From contig AP038806.1 of the NCBI GenBank assembly GCA_047150005.1, positions 1,216,001-1,280,000 of the forward strand: a stretch of 64,000 nt of DNA. The letters are read 5' to 3'. Positions 48,654-59,039 of the stretch are shown piece after piece (the stretch's first letter is position 1; each line of letters begins with the position of its first letter). A program made the position numbers and the translations under genes. The stretch is from Nitrospira sp. (GTDB lineage Bacteria > Nitrospirota > Nitrospiria > Nitrospirales > Nitrospiraceae). The notes beneath the pieces are model-generated. The model worked only from the letters and a program-made list of their open reading frames with translations. It was not told the DNA's origin and ran no database searches.

Positions 48654-48923
48654 CTACTTTCTGATGCCCAGCCGGTCGATGACGGCCCGATATCGGGCCT
48701 CGTCCACGTCCCTGAGATAGTCCAAGAGCCGGCGACGGCGCCCGACGAGTTGAAGCAGGCCGCGCCGAGAATGATGGTCCTTCTTGTGCAGCTTGAAATG
48801 CTCCGTCAGATAACTGATCCGGTTCGTCAGTACGGCGATCTGCACCTCCGGCGAACCCGAATCCCCGTCGTGCTGGCGATATTGCCTGATCAACTCGGTC
48901 TTGGCTTCTTTCAACAATGCCAT
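48654..48923 (-). CDS. rpsO: 30S ribosomal protein S15
   Basis: [21 protein letters not shown]. Confidence 0.98.
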   Translation of the reverse strand: MALLKEAKTELIRQYRQHDGDSGSPEVQIAVLTNRISYLTEHFKLHKKDHHSRRGLLQLVGRRRRLLDYLRDVDEARYRAVIDRLGIRK

Positions 48924-48953
48924 GAATAAATCTCCTCTCTCCTTACGTCTTGC

Positions 48954-49904
48954 TTAGTTTTGTTCAATCAACAGTTTTTCGACGGCCAGCACCGTCTCGC
49001 CCCGCACGAGATACTTCCCGATCGCCAGGAGTCGTCCCTCCACATCATGGATACGAACCGGTCTGCTCGACGCGGCAACCTCGTACCGACAATCCGGCAA
49101 ATCCCGTATGTGTCTCAACGGAACCGGCGCCCCGTGCCGCACACGTTCAGCCGCCGGGCCGACCACCACGACGGCCTGAAACTCACTGAGCGCCTGATCA
49201 AGGGACACAACGGCCTCTCCAAGATCGCCAAGTGCATAGCGGGCGGCCACTTCGTCAACGGTCGCGGCCTGATCAAGGCTGAGCGGTCCGACGCGCCTGC
49301 GTTCCAGCGACAGCAGATGTCCGCCGACCTCCAAGGTCGCGCCGATATCCGCGCATAGTGTCCTCACATACGTGCCCTTGGAACACACGACGCGAAGAGT
49401 CACATTCTGTCCGTCGATCTCGAGAACGTCGAGCGAGTGAATCCTGACGGTTCTCGCCTGACGCGCTATCGTCCGCCCTGCCCGGGCAGACTTATATAGC
49501 GGCACCCCGGCGACTTTGACGGCCGAATACATCGGAGGCACCTGCTCGATGGAGCCCCGAAACCGGGTCACGATCTCTTGGATGGCGGCTGGCGTCACGT
49601 GATCCGTGGACTGCCGAGTCACAAGGGCACCGGTCGCATCCTGTGTCTCGGTGGTTTCACCGAGGCGAAGCACCGCCCGATATTCTTTGTCCCACTCGAC
49701 GAGATACTCGGCGATACGTGTTCCTCGGCCGATCAAGACAGGCAACACCCCAGTCGCTGCGGGGTCCAGTGTCCCCGCATGCCCAACCTTGGCTCCCCCG
49801 AGAACGTGCCGGATCTTGGCTACCACGTCATGCGACGTCCAGCCAGCTTCCTTGTTAACGGTCAGGACACCGTCCAGGGTACTCTGCGCCACATTCGTCA
49901 TCAT
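48954..49904 (-). CDS. truB: tRNA pseudouridine(55) synthase
   Basis: TSHDVV, GHAGTLDP.ATGVL, PPMYSAVK, CSKGTYVR. Confidence 0.97.
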   Translation of the reverse strand: MMTNVAQSTLDGVLTVNKEAGWTSHDVVAKIRHVLGGAKVGHAGTLDPAATGVLPVLIGRGTRIAEYLVEWDKEYRAVLRLGETTETQDATGALVTRQSTDHVTPAAIQEIVTRFRGSIEQVPPMYSAVKVAGVPLYKSARAGRTIARQARTVRIHSLDVLEIDGQNVTLRVVCSKGTYVRTLCADIGATLEVGGHLLSLERRRVGPLSLDQAATVDEVAARYALGDLGEAVVSLDQALSEFQAVVVVGPAAERVRHGAPVPLRHIRDLPDCRYEVAASSRPVRIHDVEGRLLAIGKYLVRGETVLAVEKLLIEQN

Positions 49905-50300
49905 CTAGGAATTGGTCGTCGTAGGATCTTGTTCTTGCTGAGCGCGCCCCTGTAATTCGTCAAGCAATCGCAAGACGCGGTCGCCTCTGGGCCCGCTCAC
50001 ATCCTTCACAAAAATGATCTCCGGAAGATACCGAAGCGTCAGCCTGCGCCCTAATTCGCCCCGCACAAAGCCGGCCACTCTGGCGAGACCGGTAAAGACC
50101 TCACGCGTCTCTTCATCTGACCCAAGTGCCGTCACGAATACGCGGGCGATGCGCAAATCGCTCGTGAGTTCCGCATCAGTCACCGTCACCGATTTCACGC
50201 GGGGATCTTTGATCTTCCGCATGAGAATATCGGCCACCTCCATGCGAATTTGGTCGGCCACGCGGTCGGCCCGGCTGTATTCGGTCTTGGGCCTCGTCAT
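49905..50300 (-). CDS. rbfA: Ribosome-binding factor A
   Basis: RADRV, KDPR, DLRIARVF, LRYLPE. Confidence 0.95.
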   Translation of the reverse strand: MTRPKTEYSRADRVADQIRMEVADILMRKIKDPRVKSVTVTDAELTSDLRIARVFVTALGSDEETREVFTGLARVAGFVRGELGRRLTLRYLPEIIFVKDVSGPRGDRVLRLLDELQGRAQQEQDPTTTNS

Positions 50301-50316
50301 CGTCCTCTATCCGCCG

Positions 50317-50598
50317 CTACAACAACTCCACCTTGGACCGGGTGAGCTCCACCGCCGGATCGCTCTGGATCAAATTCAACGCCTGGTCCAGGACCTGATT
50401 GACATGTCGCCCATCATTCGACACACAGGCGATGCCCAAGACGGCCTTCTGCCAGAGATCCTGCCCATCGACCTCCGCCACGGACAGATTGAACTGCCCG
50501 TGCAGCCGATCCTTCAGGCGTAGAAGCACCCGGCGCTTGTCTTTCAAGGATCGGGAGTCTGAAAGGAACAACTCGATCGTGCAGACCCCGACGATCAT
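50317..50598 (-). CDS. DUF503 (YlxP-like) protein
   Basis: SLKDKR, FNLSVAEV..QDLWQ; lies between infB and rbfA. Confidence 0.9.
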   Translation of the reverse strand: MIVGVCTIELFLSDSRSLKDKRRVLLRLKDRLHGQFNLSVAEVDGQDLWQKAVLGIACVSNDGRHVNQVLDQALNLIQSDPAVELTRSKVELL

Positions 50599-50620
50599 AT
50601 CCGCAGCGACGACTTACGGA

Positions 50621-53131
50621 TCAGAGCTTGACCGCAATCTTGTCGATCGCGTAGGCCTCGATGATGTCTCCGGCCTTGATATCGTTGAAATTCTCGACTC
50701 CGATACCGCACTCGTATCCCTGCTGTACCTCCCGGACATCGTCCTTGAACCGGCGGAGCGATCCCAACTTTCCCTGATAGACCACCACATTGTCGCGAAT
50801 GACCCGCACGCCGGCACTGGCACGCGTGATCGTACCGTCCACCACGTACGATCCGCCAATTGTTCCGGCCTTGGAAACCGTGAAGACCTGACGGACTTCG
50901 GCGCGGCCCAGGACACGCTCCTTGAGCGTCGGCTCCAGCAGCCCTTCCATCGCGGCCTTGATATCGGCTAAGGCCTCGTAAATGATGGTATAGAGCCGGA
51001 CGTCGACGCCTTCCTTCTCAGCCAAAGCGGACGCCTTGGTTTCGGGTCTGATGTTGAAGCCGATGATGATGGCGTTCGAAGCCGCCGCCAAGAGGACGTC
51101 GGACTCGGTGATACCGCCGACGCCATTATGGATGACGCGTAGCTTCACGAGCTCGGTGGGAAGTTTTTCGATCGCCGCGGCCAGCGCTTCGGACGAGCCC
51201 TGGACGTCCGCTTTGATGACCAAGGCCAATTCCTTGACCGATCCTTCCTGGATCTTGGCGAAGAGATCGTTGAGCGATACCTTCCCCGAGCCGGCTAATT
51301 CGGCGGCTCGCTGCTTGCGCGCACGATCCTCGGCGATCTCGCGCGCCGCCCGTTCATCCTTGACGGCTTGAAAGACGTCGCCGGCGGAGGGGACTCCGGG
51401 CAACCCGATTACTTCGACCGGGATGGACGGACCTGCCTCCTCCACCTTGACGCCGGTATGACTGATTAGCGCCCGGACCTTGCCGCTGAAGGAGCCCACG
51501 ACGAAAACATCGCCGACGTGCAATGTGCCGTTCTGTATCAGAACGGTGGCGACCGGTCCGCGACCACGCTCGAGCTTGGCCTCGACCACGGCGCCCTTGG
51601 CCAATAGGTGCGGATCCGCCTTCAGTTCCAAAATCTCGGCCTGGAGCAGGATCATTTCCAACAGTTGATCCAGGCCCGTCTTCTGCTTGGCAGACACTTC
51701 CACCATAATGGTGTCTCCGCCCCAGGCCTCGGAAATCAGGCCGTGCTCGGACAGCGAGTTTCGTACACGATCGGGATTGGCGGTCGGCTTGTCGATCTTA
51801 TTCATCGCGACAATGAGCGGGACACCCGCCGCCTTGGCATGGTGAATGGCCTCGATGGTCTGCGGCATGACCCCATCATCGGCGGCCACCACGAGAATGA
51901 CGATGTCGGTGACTTTGGCGCCGCGCGCGCGCATGGCGGTAAACGCTTCGTGTCCGGGCGTGTCGAGAAAGGTCACCAGCTTCCCGCGCACGGTCACCGT
52001 GTAGGCCCCGATGTGCTGCGTGATCCCGCCGGCTTCACCCTCCGCCACCTTGGTTTCGCGAATCGCGTCAAGCAACGAGGTCTTCCCGTGATCCACATGA
52101 CCCATGATGGTCACCACCGGCGGCCTCGGCTCCGGACGTCCCTCACCTTCGGTTGAAACAAGATCTTCCAGCAATTCTTCTCCCGCCTTTTCGACCGAAA
52201 TATCCACCCTGACGCCGCTTTCCTCGGCGATCATGAGCGCGACGTCGGTATTCATCGGCTGATTAAAGGTCAGCATTTGACCCATGTCCATGAGCTTGCG
52301 TACGATGTCCGCCGGTCGTTGCCCGATCAGCTCGGCAAATTCCTTGACCGTGGTCCCTGGCGAGAGTTTCACGCTCTTCTTGCGCGGCTTCGTAATCTCT
52401 CCGGGCGCACTGTGGTGAACGTGACGAGCCCGATCCTCACGCCGCTGAACGGGAATGGCGCGAAGATCCTGCCACCGCGCGGCATCCTCCCGCACCCGCA
52501 CGTCGTCTTCTTCCCGCGGGCGTCCCGGCTTCCGGGCCTTCTTCAACTTATCCTTCAGGCCTTCAGCCTGGAGTTCCTCCAACGCTTTCTTCTTGCCTGT
52601 GACCGCATCGCCACTCGGGACCAGAGGCTTGGCCGGAGCCGTCTGGGCCTGGAGAGACGCCGGGGCCTGCGGGCCTGCTCCGCTCAAGGGCTGCGGCTCG
52701 TGAATGGACACAGGAGAACTTTCCGGATGGGAAGGCGCGGCGGGCTGCAGGAGAGTCGACTCCGGTGCCGTCCCGGAGGAAGGAACGGCGGTCACCGGCA
52801 CGAACGCTTCTTCGGCCGGCGCATCGTCAGTCTTTTTTCGCTTGATGAGAATGCGGCGCTTATCCGGTTTGGCCGCTTCCTCCACAGACGCTCCGGCGGC
52901 TCTCCCGCTCGCCGACTGATGGTCGGTGTCGCGGTGGCGGTCGCTTCGACCTCCCTCTGCTTCCTTCGTGGAGAGCTTATGTTTGGGCCCCAGTTTCTCC
53001 AACGCCTTGTGGACGGCCTCGTCCTCCAACGCGCTGCTGTGCGAGGCCACCGCAATCCCCATTCGCTTGAGCTCAGGGATCAGGTCCCGATTCTCCATCC
53101 CGAGCTGTTTCGCCAATTCATAGACGCGCAT
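50621..53131 (-). CDS. infB: Translation initiation factor IF-2
   Basis: RVYELAK N-terminus, [29 protein letters not shown]. Confidence 0.98.
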   Translation of the reverse strand: MRVYELAKQLGMENRDLIPELKRMGIAVASHSSALEDEAVHKALEKLGPKHKLSTKEAEGGRSDRHRDTDHQSASGRAAGASVEEAAKPDKRRILIKRKKTDDAPAEEAFVPVTAVPSSGTAPESTLLQPAAPSHPESSPVSIHEPQPLSGAGPQAPASLQAQTAPAKPLVPSGDAVTGKKKALEELQAEGLKDKLKKARKPGRPREEDDVRVREDAARWQDLRAIPVQRREDRARHVHHSAPGEITKPRKKSVKLSPGTTVKEFAELIGQRPADIVRKLMDMGQMLTFNQPMNTDVALMIAEESGVRVDISVEKAGEELLEDLVSTEGEGRPEPRPPVVTIMGHVDHGKTSLLDAIRETKVAEGEAGGITQHIGAYTVTVRGKLVTFLDTPGHEAFTAMRARGAKVTDIVILVVAADDGVMPQTIEAIHHAKAAGVPLIVAMNKIDKPTANPDRVRNSLSEHGLISEAWGGDTIMVEVSAKQKTGLDQLLEMILLQAEILELKADPHLLAKGAVVEAKLERGRGPVATVLIQNGTLHVGDVFVVGSFSGKVRALISHTGVKVEEAGPSIPVEVIGLPGVPSAGDVFQAVKDERAAREIAEDRARKQRAAELAGSGKVSLNDLFAKIQEGSVKELALVIKADVQGSSEALAAAIEKLPTELVKLRVIHNGVGGITESDVLLAAASNAIIIGFNIRPETKASALAEKEGVDVRLYTIIYEALADIKAAMEGLLEPTLKERVLGRAEVRQVFTVSKAGTIGGSYVVDGTITRASAGVRVIRDNVVVYQGKLGSLRRFKDDVREVQQGYECGIGVENFNDIKAGDIIEAYAIDKIAVKL

Positions 53132-53164
53132 AACGATCTTATATCCAGTCCCGGTACGACGGCT

Positions 53165-54316
53165 TCATTCTCCGGCCTCAGCCTGGGCTTTCTCCTGTTG
53201 TCGAGCTTCTTCCTGTTGCCGCTGCGCTTCAGCCTCCTCCGCCAGCGCCGCCTTGATTTCCCGATCACGCTCCGCCTTTTCCTTCTCGTACTCCGTTGCG
53301 CTAATGATGTCGATTTTCCAGCCGGTCAGCCGTGCGGCCAGCCGGACATTCTGTCCGTTCTTACCGATCGCCAGGGACAACTGGGAATCGGCCACGACGA
53401 CCAGGGCGGATTTCTTCTCCTCATCCACACCGACCTTTTCGATGGTGGCCGGATTCAGCGCTTCGGCGATGAACACCCGGGGATCCATTGTCCAGGTGAT
53501 AATGTCGATTTTCTCGCCCCGCAGTTCTCTCACCACGGCCTGGACCCGCGACCCCTTGATGCCGACGCACGCGCCGACCGGATCGACCGCCTTCTCGCGT
53601 GACGTCACGGCGATCTTGGTCCGATCCCCCGGTTCACGCACCACCGCCTTGATCTCCACGATCTTTTCCATGACCTCGGGCACTTCCAATTCGAACAGTT
53701 TCGAGACGAACTGCGGGTGGCTGCGGGTGAGGATGACCTGAACGTCTTTCGGGGTCCGCCGAACTTCCAACAACATGGCTTTGACCCGGTCACCCCGACG
53801 ATAGGTTTCTCGCGGAATTTGCTCTTGGATGGGAAGCACCGCCTCGGTCTTGCCGAGATCGACCAGATAGTTGCGGCGCTCCATTCCGAGGATGATGCCG
53901 TTGACCAGATCGCCTTGCCTGGTCGAGTACTCCTTTTGGACCGCTTCCCATTCCGCCTCGCGGACCTTCTGGAATATGACCTGCTTCGCGGTCTGGGCGG
54001 CGATGCGTCCCAGTTCGTCCATTTCGATCAACGAACCGATCTCGTCTCCCACCTCCGCTTCGCTGTCGTATTGCCTCGCTTCCTTGAGCGAAATCTCGGC
54101 CTTGGGATTCGTCACCGCATCGACAATGATCTTCTTGGAGACGACCGAGATCTCGCCGGTTTTGGCGTCGATTTCGACTTGAATATTCTCGGCCTGCCCG
54201 AAGCGCTTTTTTGCGGCAGTCTGCAGTGCCGCTTCGATGGCGCCGATCACTTTCGTCTTGTCGATTCCCTTTTGACGCCCGATCTCGTCGATCACCGAAA
54301 TGAGTTCTCGATTCAT
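53165..54316 (-). CDS. nusA: Transcription termination/antitermination factor NusA
   Basis: GRIAAQTAKQV, S1 domain, VDPVGACVG, AIGKNGQNVRLA. Confidence 0.98.
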   Translation of the reverse strand: MNRELISVIDEIGRQKGIDKTKVIGAIEAALQTAAKKRFGQAENIQVEIDAKTGEISVVSKKIIVDAVTNPKAEISLKEARQYDSEAEVGDEIGSLIEMDELGRIAAQTAKQVIFQKVREAEWEAVQKEYSTRQGDLVNGIILGMERRNYLVDLGKTEAVLPIQEQIPRETYRRGDRVKAMLLEVRRTPKDVQVILTRSHPQFVSKLFELEVPEVMEKIVEIKAVVREPGDRTKIAVTSREKAVDPVGACVGIKGSRVQAVVRELRGEKIDIITWTMDPRVFIAEALNPATIEKVGVDEEKKSALVVVADSQLSLAIGKNGQNVRLAARLTGWKIDIISATEYEKEKAERDREIKAALAEEAEAQRQQEEARQQEKAQAEAGE

Positions 54317-54347
54317 CGCTCGCTCTCCCCGCTGTATCCGCCGACTC

Positions 54348-54875
54348 TCACCATGTGACTACCAGCTTGGCCTCCACAATCGATTCGAGGTCAAGGTTCA
54401 TAATTCTCTCGGGAGGTGGATCGGCAACCGCAATCGTCACCACCTGCTCGGTCACATCGGTCAGTCGTCCGACGATGCGCCACTGTCCGGCACGAGGTTC
54501 CTTGAGCTTGAGGCTGATCCGCTTCCCGATAGCCCGTCGATAGTCCTGAATCCGTTTGAACGGTCTGTCCAGGCCCGGAGAGGACACTTCGAGCGTATAG
54601 GCGTGGGGAAACGGATCTGCAACGTCCAGCGCCGGCCCGAGAACGACGTGAGCCCGCTCGCAATCGCTCAGGGTGACGCCCCCCGGCTTATCGATAAACA
54701 CCCTGATCACCGACCGCGACCCCTGCCCCACACAGAGGACATCGACGAGTTCAAGCCCTAACGTCCAGAGGATGGGAGAGATCGCTTCTGTGATGCGTTC
54801 GACGACAGGTCGGGACTCTTTCACCGACTCCTTCAGCCCCGTTTCTCTCGCTGGTTCAGCTACCAGATCAAACAA
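54348..54875 (-). CDS. rimP: Ribosome maturation factor RimP (start uncertain)
   Basis: IDKPGGV.L.DC, YTLEVSSPGLDRP. Confidence 0.94.
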   Translation of the reverse strand: MFDLVAEPARETGLKESVKESRPVVERITEAISPILWTLGLELVDVLCVGQGSRSVIRVFIDKPGGVTLSDCERAHVVLGPALDVADPFPHAYTLEVSSPGLDRPFKRIQDYRRAIGKRISLKLKEPRAGQWRIVGRLTDVTEQVVTIAVADPPPERIMNLDLESIVEAKLVVTW

Positions 54876-54876
54876 A

Positions 54877-54898
54877 AAAGTGGGCCTGAGCCCACTTT
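54877..54898 (-). promoter_or_regulatory. rimP leader hairpin
   Basis: AAAGTGGGC-N4-GCCCACTTT perfect stem followed by T-rich sequence on the minus strand. Confidence 0.65.
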
Positions 54899-54908
54899 AC
54901 GCGGCAGC

Positions 54909-54937
54909 ACCATACCATGTCACCCTTGCCAAAGCAA
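54909..54937 (-). promoter_or_regulatory. sigma70 promoter for the rimP-nusA-infB operon
   Basis: Minus strand TTGCTT-N17-TATGGT with extended TG. Confidence 0.5.
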
Positions 54938-54945
54938 GGGGACCG

Positions 54946-55785
54946 TCAGGCGGTTTGCTCCGAAAACCACCCGGCAATTCGACCGGTCATACGGCCCGGC
55001 CGTCCGGAGCCGATCGCCTTGCCATCGATCTCGACGACTCCCAGAATCTCGACCGTGGTGCCGGTCAGGAACACCTCCTCCGCAACGAACAGATCCGCCT
55101 GAGAGGGATAGCATTCCTGGACTGAAATACCATGGGCGCGAGCGAGTCGCAACACCACATCTCTGGTCACCCCCGAAAGGATTCGTGGTCCTTCCGGCGC
55201 CGTGATCAGCGATCCGTCGCGAACGAGAACAACATTGCTGACGGCCCCTTCCGTCACAAGGCCGTCTTTGAGCAGAATCGTTTCGAACACTCCCGCGTGC
55301 TTGGCCTGCTGGCGCGCGAGCACGTTGGCCAGGAGGTTGAGGCTCTTAATGTCACAGCGCCCCCAACGGACATCGTCCATCGTCATCGCCGCCACGCCGC
55401 GACTCTTCACAGACTCGGCGAGCGGCCGCAACTCACGGACCGTCATCACGACCGTAGGAACGAGGCCGGCGGCGTAGCTATGGTCACGGGGAGCCGCGCC
55501 TCGGGTAATCTGCAGATAAATCTTGCTTTCCCGATAGGCGGCCCGCTCGATTCCCTCCAGAATCAGTTGCGACCATCGAGCATGGGGATACGGCTGTTGC
55601 AGCTGAATCGCCTGGGCGCTCCGATCAAGGCGCGCGAGATGCGCCTCCACTTCGAACGGCCGGCCGCGATAGGTGCGGATGACTTCATACACTCCGTCGC
55701 CGAACTGAAACCCTCGATCCTCGATCGATACCACGGCGTCGGCAAAGGGGAGAAATCGTCCGTTGAGAAAGGCCACCTCCGGCAC
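54946..55785 (-). CDS. Class IV PLP aminotransferase (D-amino-acid transaminase-like)
   Basis: EDRGFQFGDGVYE, RW.RCDIKSLNLL.NVL, EGAVSN, ILSGVTR; probable GTG start. Confidence 0.88.
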   Translation of the reverse strand: MPEVAFLNGRFLPFADAVVSIEDRGFQFGDGVYEVIRTYRGRPFEVEAHLARLDRSAQAIQLQQPYPHARWSQLILEGIERAAYRESKIYLQITRGAAPRDHSYAAGLVPTVVMTVRELRPLAESVKSRGVAAMTMDDVRWGRCDIKSLNLLANVLARQQAKHAGVFETILLKDGLVTEGAVSNVVLVRDGSLITAPEGPRILSGVTRDVVLRLARAHGISVQECYPSQADLFVAEEVFLTGTTVEILGVVEIDGKAIGSGRPGRMTGRIAGWFSEQTA

Positions 55786-55787
55786 GG

Positions 55788-56138
55788 TCAGAGACCCCGT
55801 TGCAGCCCGGCACCGGATATCGTGATGGAGAACACGCGCCGGTCTTCCGCCGTGAATTTCCACCCCATGCGCTTTTCGAAGACGATTTGCACGTTGCCGG
55901 GCTTGATCGGTTGAAACTCGAACGTTCTTGTCCCGTTGTCCACGGCGTTGTTCCCGGCGATGCGGAGATAGTCATCCCCGAGTAACGCGAGCGCCGCGGC
56001 GTCGTACGCGGGCACCCACTGCTCTCCTCGCGTCCGATCTTCCCATAAATGAATGGTGATCGGCCGGCCGACGACGGCCTGAATCGCCTTGACACCCGCG
56101 TTCGCTTGGCCGCTCCCTTCATCCTGACTCGTGGTCAT
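55788..56138 (-). CDS. Chagasin/I42 protease-inhibitor-like protein
   Basis: I.LWED.TRGEQW, G...FEF....G...I.F..R..W pattern. Confidence 0.6.
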   Translation of the reverse strand: MTTSQDEGSGQANAGVKAIQAVVGRPITIHLWEDRTRGEQWVPAYDAAALALLGDDYLRIAGNNAVDNGTRTFEFQPIKPGNVQIVFEKRMGWKFTAEDRRVFSITISGAGLQRGL

Positions 56139-56190
56139 GCGCGATACCGCCCTCTCATATTCGTGAACGGCGCCGGTTCTTCCGTCCGAG

Positions 56191-56514
56191 TCATGTCTTG
56201 CGACGGGGGCCGACGAAAATCTCTCCGTCCAGCACCCGGACTTCATAGCTGCCGACGCAATAGCCGCCCCCGTCGGTTCCCTGCCCGTTTCGTATGTCGA
56301 AGGCCAGGTCATGCCAAGGACAGGATACGACAAATCCTTTCACGCGCCCTTCGTTCAACGGCCCACCTTCGTGAGGACAAATGTTATAGATGGCGAAGTA
56401 CTGTCCTTCGACATTGAACAGGGCGATTGCACGATTGTTGATGTTCACGACTTTGGATCGCCCCGGCGGAATATCCTCGACGGAGCCGACCGACTGAAAC
56501 CCTTCCATTGTCAC
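56191..56514 (-). CDS. Rieske [2Fe-2S] ferredoxin
   Basis: CPHEGGPL and CPWH ligand motifs. Confidence 0.92.
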   Translation of the reverse strand: MTMEGFQSVGSVEDIPPGRSKVVNINNRAIALFNVEGQYFAIYNICPHEGGPLNEGRVKGFVVSCPWHDLAFDIRNGQGTDGGGYCVGSYEVRVLDGEIFVGPRRKT

Positions 56515-56587
56515 TGCGGATTCTCCCCGGCTCTGAAGCGGTTGCTCCGATCGGTCATAGCAACGCTTGCCGCACGTTTTCCTGACA

Positions 56588-57100
56588 TTACATGCGGAGC
56601 GTGTACTTCAACTCATCTCCAACCGCGACACCCTTCTCCTTGATGAAGCCGGCCTCTGCTTGGATCAAATAGCGGACCGCCACAGGCGGAGGACCGTACC
56701 AAGGGCAGGGATCCTTCCGACAGGGTTCGACCTTTTCCAGCAGTTGGACGACTTGATGCCGCTCATCGATCCAGATCAAGTCCACGGGGAATCGGTACTC
56801 CTTTGTCGTCACCCGATGTGCCCCGGCCTGCTCAAAGATATAGATCATTCCTCCATTCGGGGGCAATGTCTCTTGGAAGGCCAAGCCGAAGAGCAGCTTT
56901 TCCGGTGTGTCCGCCACTTCGGCCTCCAACTCGATTCCGGTTGGAAAGGTCACGATGATCGTCTTCGTTTCCTCCCGCTGTATCAGAAAGGTCGAGAGAC
57001 TCATGAGCAAGATCGCCAGCAGCGCGAGCGTGATGATCCGCGTTTTCCATTGTGCTCGATCGATCGGCTGAGGTGCGGTCATGGTGACGCTTTGTACCAT
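56588..57100 (-). CDS. DUF192-family exported protein
   Basis: EVADTP....GL, GMIYIF, FPVDLIWID, PC...PCP.Y, GD. Confidence 0.85.
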   Translation of the reverse strand: MVQSVTMTAPQPIDRAQWKTRIITLALLAILLMSLSTFLIQREETKTIIVTFPTGIELEAEVADTPEKLLFGLAFQETLPPNGGMIYIFEQAGAHRVTTKEYRFPVDLIWIDERHQVVQLLEKVEPCRKDPCPWYGPPPVAVRYLIQAEAGFIKEKGVAVGDELKYTLRM

Positions 57101-57182
57101 TGTCCTTTATTCTTTGCGAGACAACTGGGCCCAAAGGCCCATAATATCAGCGTATCTAGGCCTTCTGACCGACTCCGTTCTG

Positions 57183-57212
57183 TTGACTTGGAAAAGAGCG
57201 GCAGAATAAAAT
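57183..57212 (+). promoter_or_regulatory. sigma70 promoter for the ferredoxin gene
   Basis: TTGACT-N18-TAAAAT. Confidence 0.5.
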
Positions 57213-57305
57213 GCGCACAGCTGTCGTGCCACTATGTCGTGCTGTGGCGGGCTTGTCAATTGTGTTTGTTTGCTGTTTCACCGAGGCGAGAAGGAGGCGA
57301 GGGTC

Positions 57306-57653
57306 ATGGCACTGTTGATTACTGATGAATGTATCTCCTGCGGAGCTTGCCTACCTGAATGTCCGAACGAGGCAATCTTCGAAACCCGTAGTGACGCGGA
57401 AACGAAGGGAAACCACGTAGGAGACGGCCAGGGAGTCGGCGACAATATTTACGTGATCACCCACGATCGGTGCACTGAATGTGTCGGACATTTCGATGAA
57501 CCTCAATGCGCCGCGGTCTGCCCAGTCGACAATTGCTGTATCTCCGATCCGGTCTATCCTGAAACCACGGACGTGTTGCTCGATAAGGCGAAGACGCTGA
57601 ATCCGGACAAGACAATCGACCCGGCGAAGGTCTGGAGCGGAGTCCGCAACTAG
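57306..57653 (+). CDS. YfhL-type 2x[4Fe-4S] ferredoxin
   Basis: CISCGACLPECP and CTECVGHFDEPQCAAVCP; AAGGAGG RBS. Confidence 0.93.
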   Translation: MALLITDECISCGACLPECPNEAIFETRSDAETKGNHVGDGQGVGDNIYVITHDRCTECVGHFDEPQCAAVCPVDNCCISDPVYPETTDVLLDKAKTLNPDKTIDPAKVWSGVRN

Positions 57654-57683
57654 TCATCTTTTCCTACCCATCACGTATTCCTG

Positions 57684-57716
57684 GGCCCCGTGGCTTACCG
57701 AGTCGCGGGGCCTTTC
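57684..57716 (+). terminator. Intrinsic terminator after the ferredoxin gene
   Basis: GGCCCCGTGGCT...AGTCGCGGGGCC followed by TTTC. Confidence 0.65.
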
Positions 57717-57859
57717 AATTACTCTCCTGAAGAACCACTCACCACAATTCGTGGACTTCCCTCTTGCCACGCAGTAGAATCCTGAGGAGAGGGATTCACG
57801 TGCCTGTGCCCTCCCGAGGGGGGAGGCCTCATTCTCGCCCTATCCCATGGAGGTGAATC

Positions 57860-58192
57860 ATGGGACTTCGACTGTTTGTCCTGATCACGCTGTTCGGGCT
57901 CCTCGCCTTACCATCCCAATCCCAGGCGAGCACCGGAGATGTCGGAACGATCATCGAGAAATTCGTCGCCCGGCAATTCCCCGAGGCGACAACTCACTAT
58001 TGGGTGATTAACCAGACCCAGTGGGACGGAGATGAAATGATCGTGGACGTCCATACGATTGTGACGGAACGGCGCAGCGTGGAACCCCATCTGGACCATT
58101 TCCTGCTTCTGATCGTGGCGGGAGAACTCAAAGGCGTACAAAATCTTCCGCTTGAACCGGGAGCCGATTGTAAAGCCGAAGAAGAGGCTTGA
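57860..58192 (+). CDS. Small secreted hypothetical protein
   Basis: GGAGGTG RBS and a signal peptide (SQA|ST). Confidence 0.75.
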   Translation: MGLRLFVLITLFGLLALPSQSQASTGDVGTIIEKFVARQFPEATTHYWVINQTQWDGDEMIVDVHTIVTERRSVEPHLDHFLLLIVAGELKGVQNLPLEPGADCKAEEEA

Positions 58193-58214
58193 GCCCGAGG
58201 AGCAGTATTAAAAT

Positions 58215-58252
58215 ACAACGCCCCCTCCGCTGGAAAGCGGAGGGGGCGTTGT
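58215..58252. terminator. Bidirectional intrinsic terminator
   Basis: ACAACGCCCCCTCCGC-TGGAAA-GCGGAGGGGGCGTTGT between convergent genes. Confidence 0.88.
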
Positions 58253-58286
58253 TTATGTCACCATCGCGCAACGGCGCGAACGTCCA

Positions 58287-58766
58287 CTACTTGATCATCA
58301 CAAGCTTGCCACCGACGTGAGCCGGATGGAGGTGGCAGCGATAGGACAGGGTATTTCCCATCGTCGCATAGAACAGATCGCTGGTGGGGATACCGATGTA
58401 TTTCGTCTCGCCGGGCTTCAGAACCAGCTTAGCATTGATCGCAGTCGGCGCAGCCTGCGTCGTGGTGTCGGTCAACTGAAACCCATGCTCCGTCGTACCG
58501 TTATTGGTGACTTTAAGCAGAACCGGACGTCCGGGACGGACTTTGAAATCGATCACCGTCGTGGGAGGATACCAAGTCTTCATGTTCCCAATATCGATGG
58601 AATAGAGCTCTGCGTCCACATCCAACTCTTTGAACGGCTGACCGACCACGGAACCGGTTTCCCAGTCGCCGACTTCGACTCCGCCCGCCTGGTGCGCTAG
58701 CGCTGCCGACGCCCCAGCAATAACCATCACGAGGCCGAAGAAGACCCCGAACATCGTCTTGCCCAT
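58287..58766 (-). CDS. Periplasmic cupredoxin, nitrosocyanin-like
   Basis: Signal peptide; VTN....EHGF and Y.CHLHPAHVGGKL (C-x2-H-x2-H, no axial Met). Confidence 0.75.
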   Translation of the reverse strand: MGKTMFGVFFGLVMVIAGASAALAHQAGGVEVGDWETGSVVGQPFKELDVDAELYSIDIGNMKTWYPPTTVIDFKVRPGRPVLLKVTNNGTTEHGFQLTDTTTQAAPTAINAKLVLKPGETKYIGIPTSDLFYATMGNTLSYRCHLHPAHVGGKLVMIK

Positions 58767-59039
58767 GACCTACCTCCTTAAAAATAAGAAGAGATGTGAT
58801 TAGGTTGGTAAATAACTACCGCTCGGATCAGGTAGCCTTGACCGCTCCGACGACCACTCAATTGCGTACTTTGATTGAATCTTATCCTCATACCGCTCTC
58901 AAAAGGAGGGCTCCTTATATCATAGCGGGGAAAAGGGAAGCAAGAACGTTAATCAAGTAGTCTGACAGGACTACCGCCAGCTAGACTGAGTGTTGTATCA
59001 CCGGGGCAACCGCCATAGATTCAATATTTTATTGGCCGT

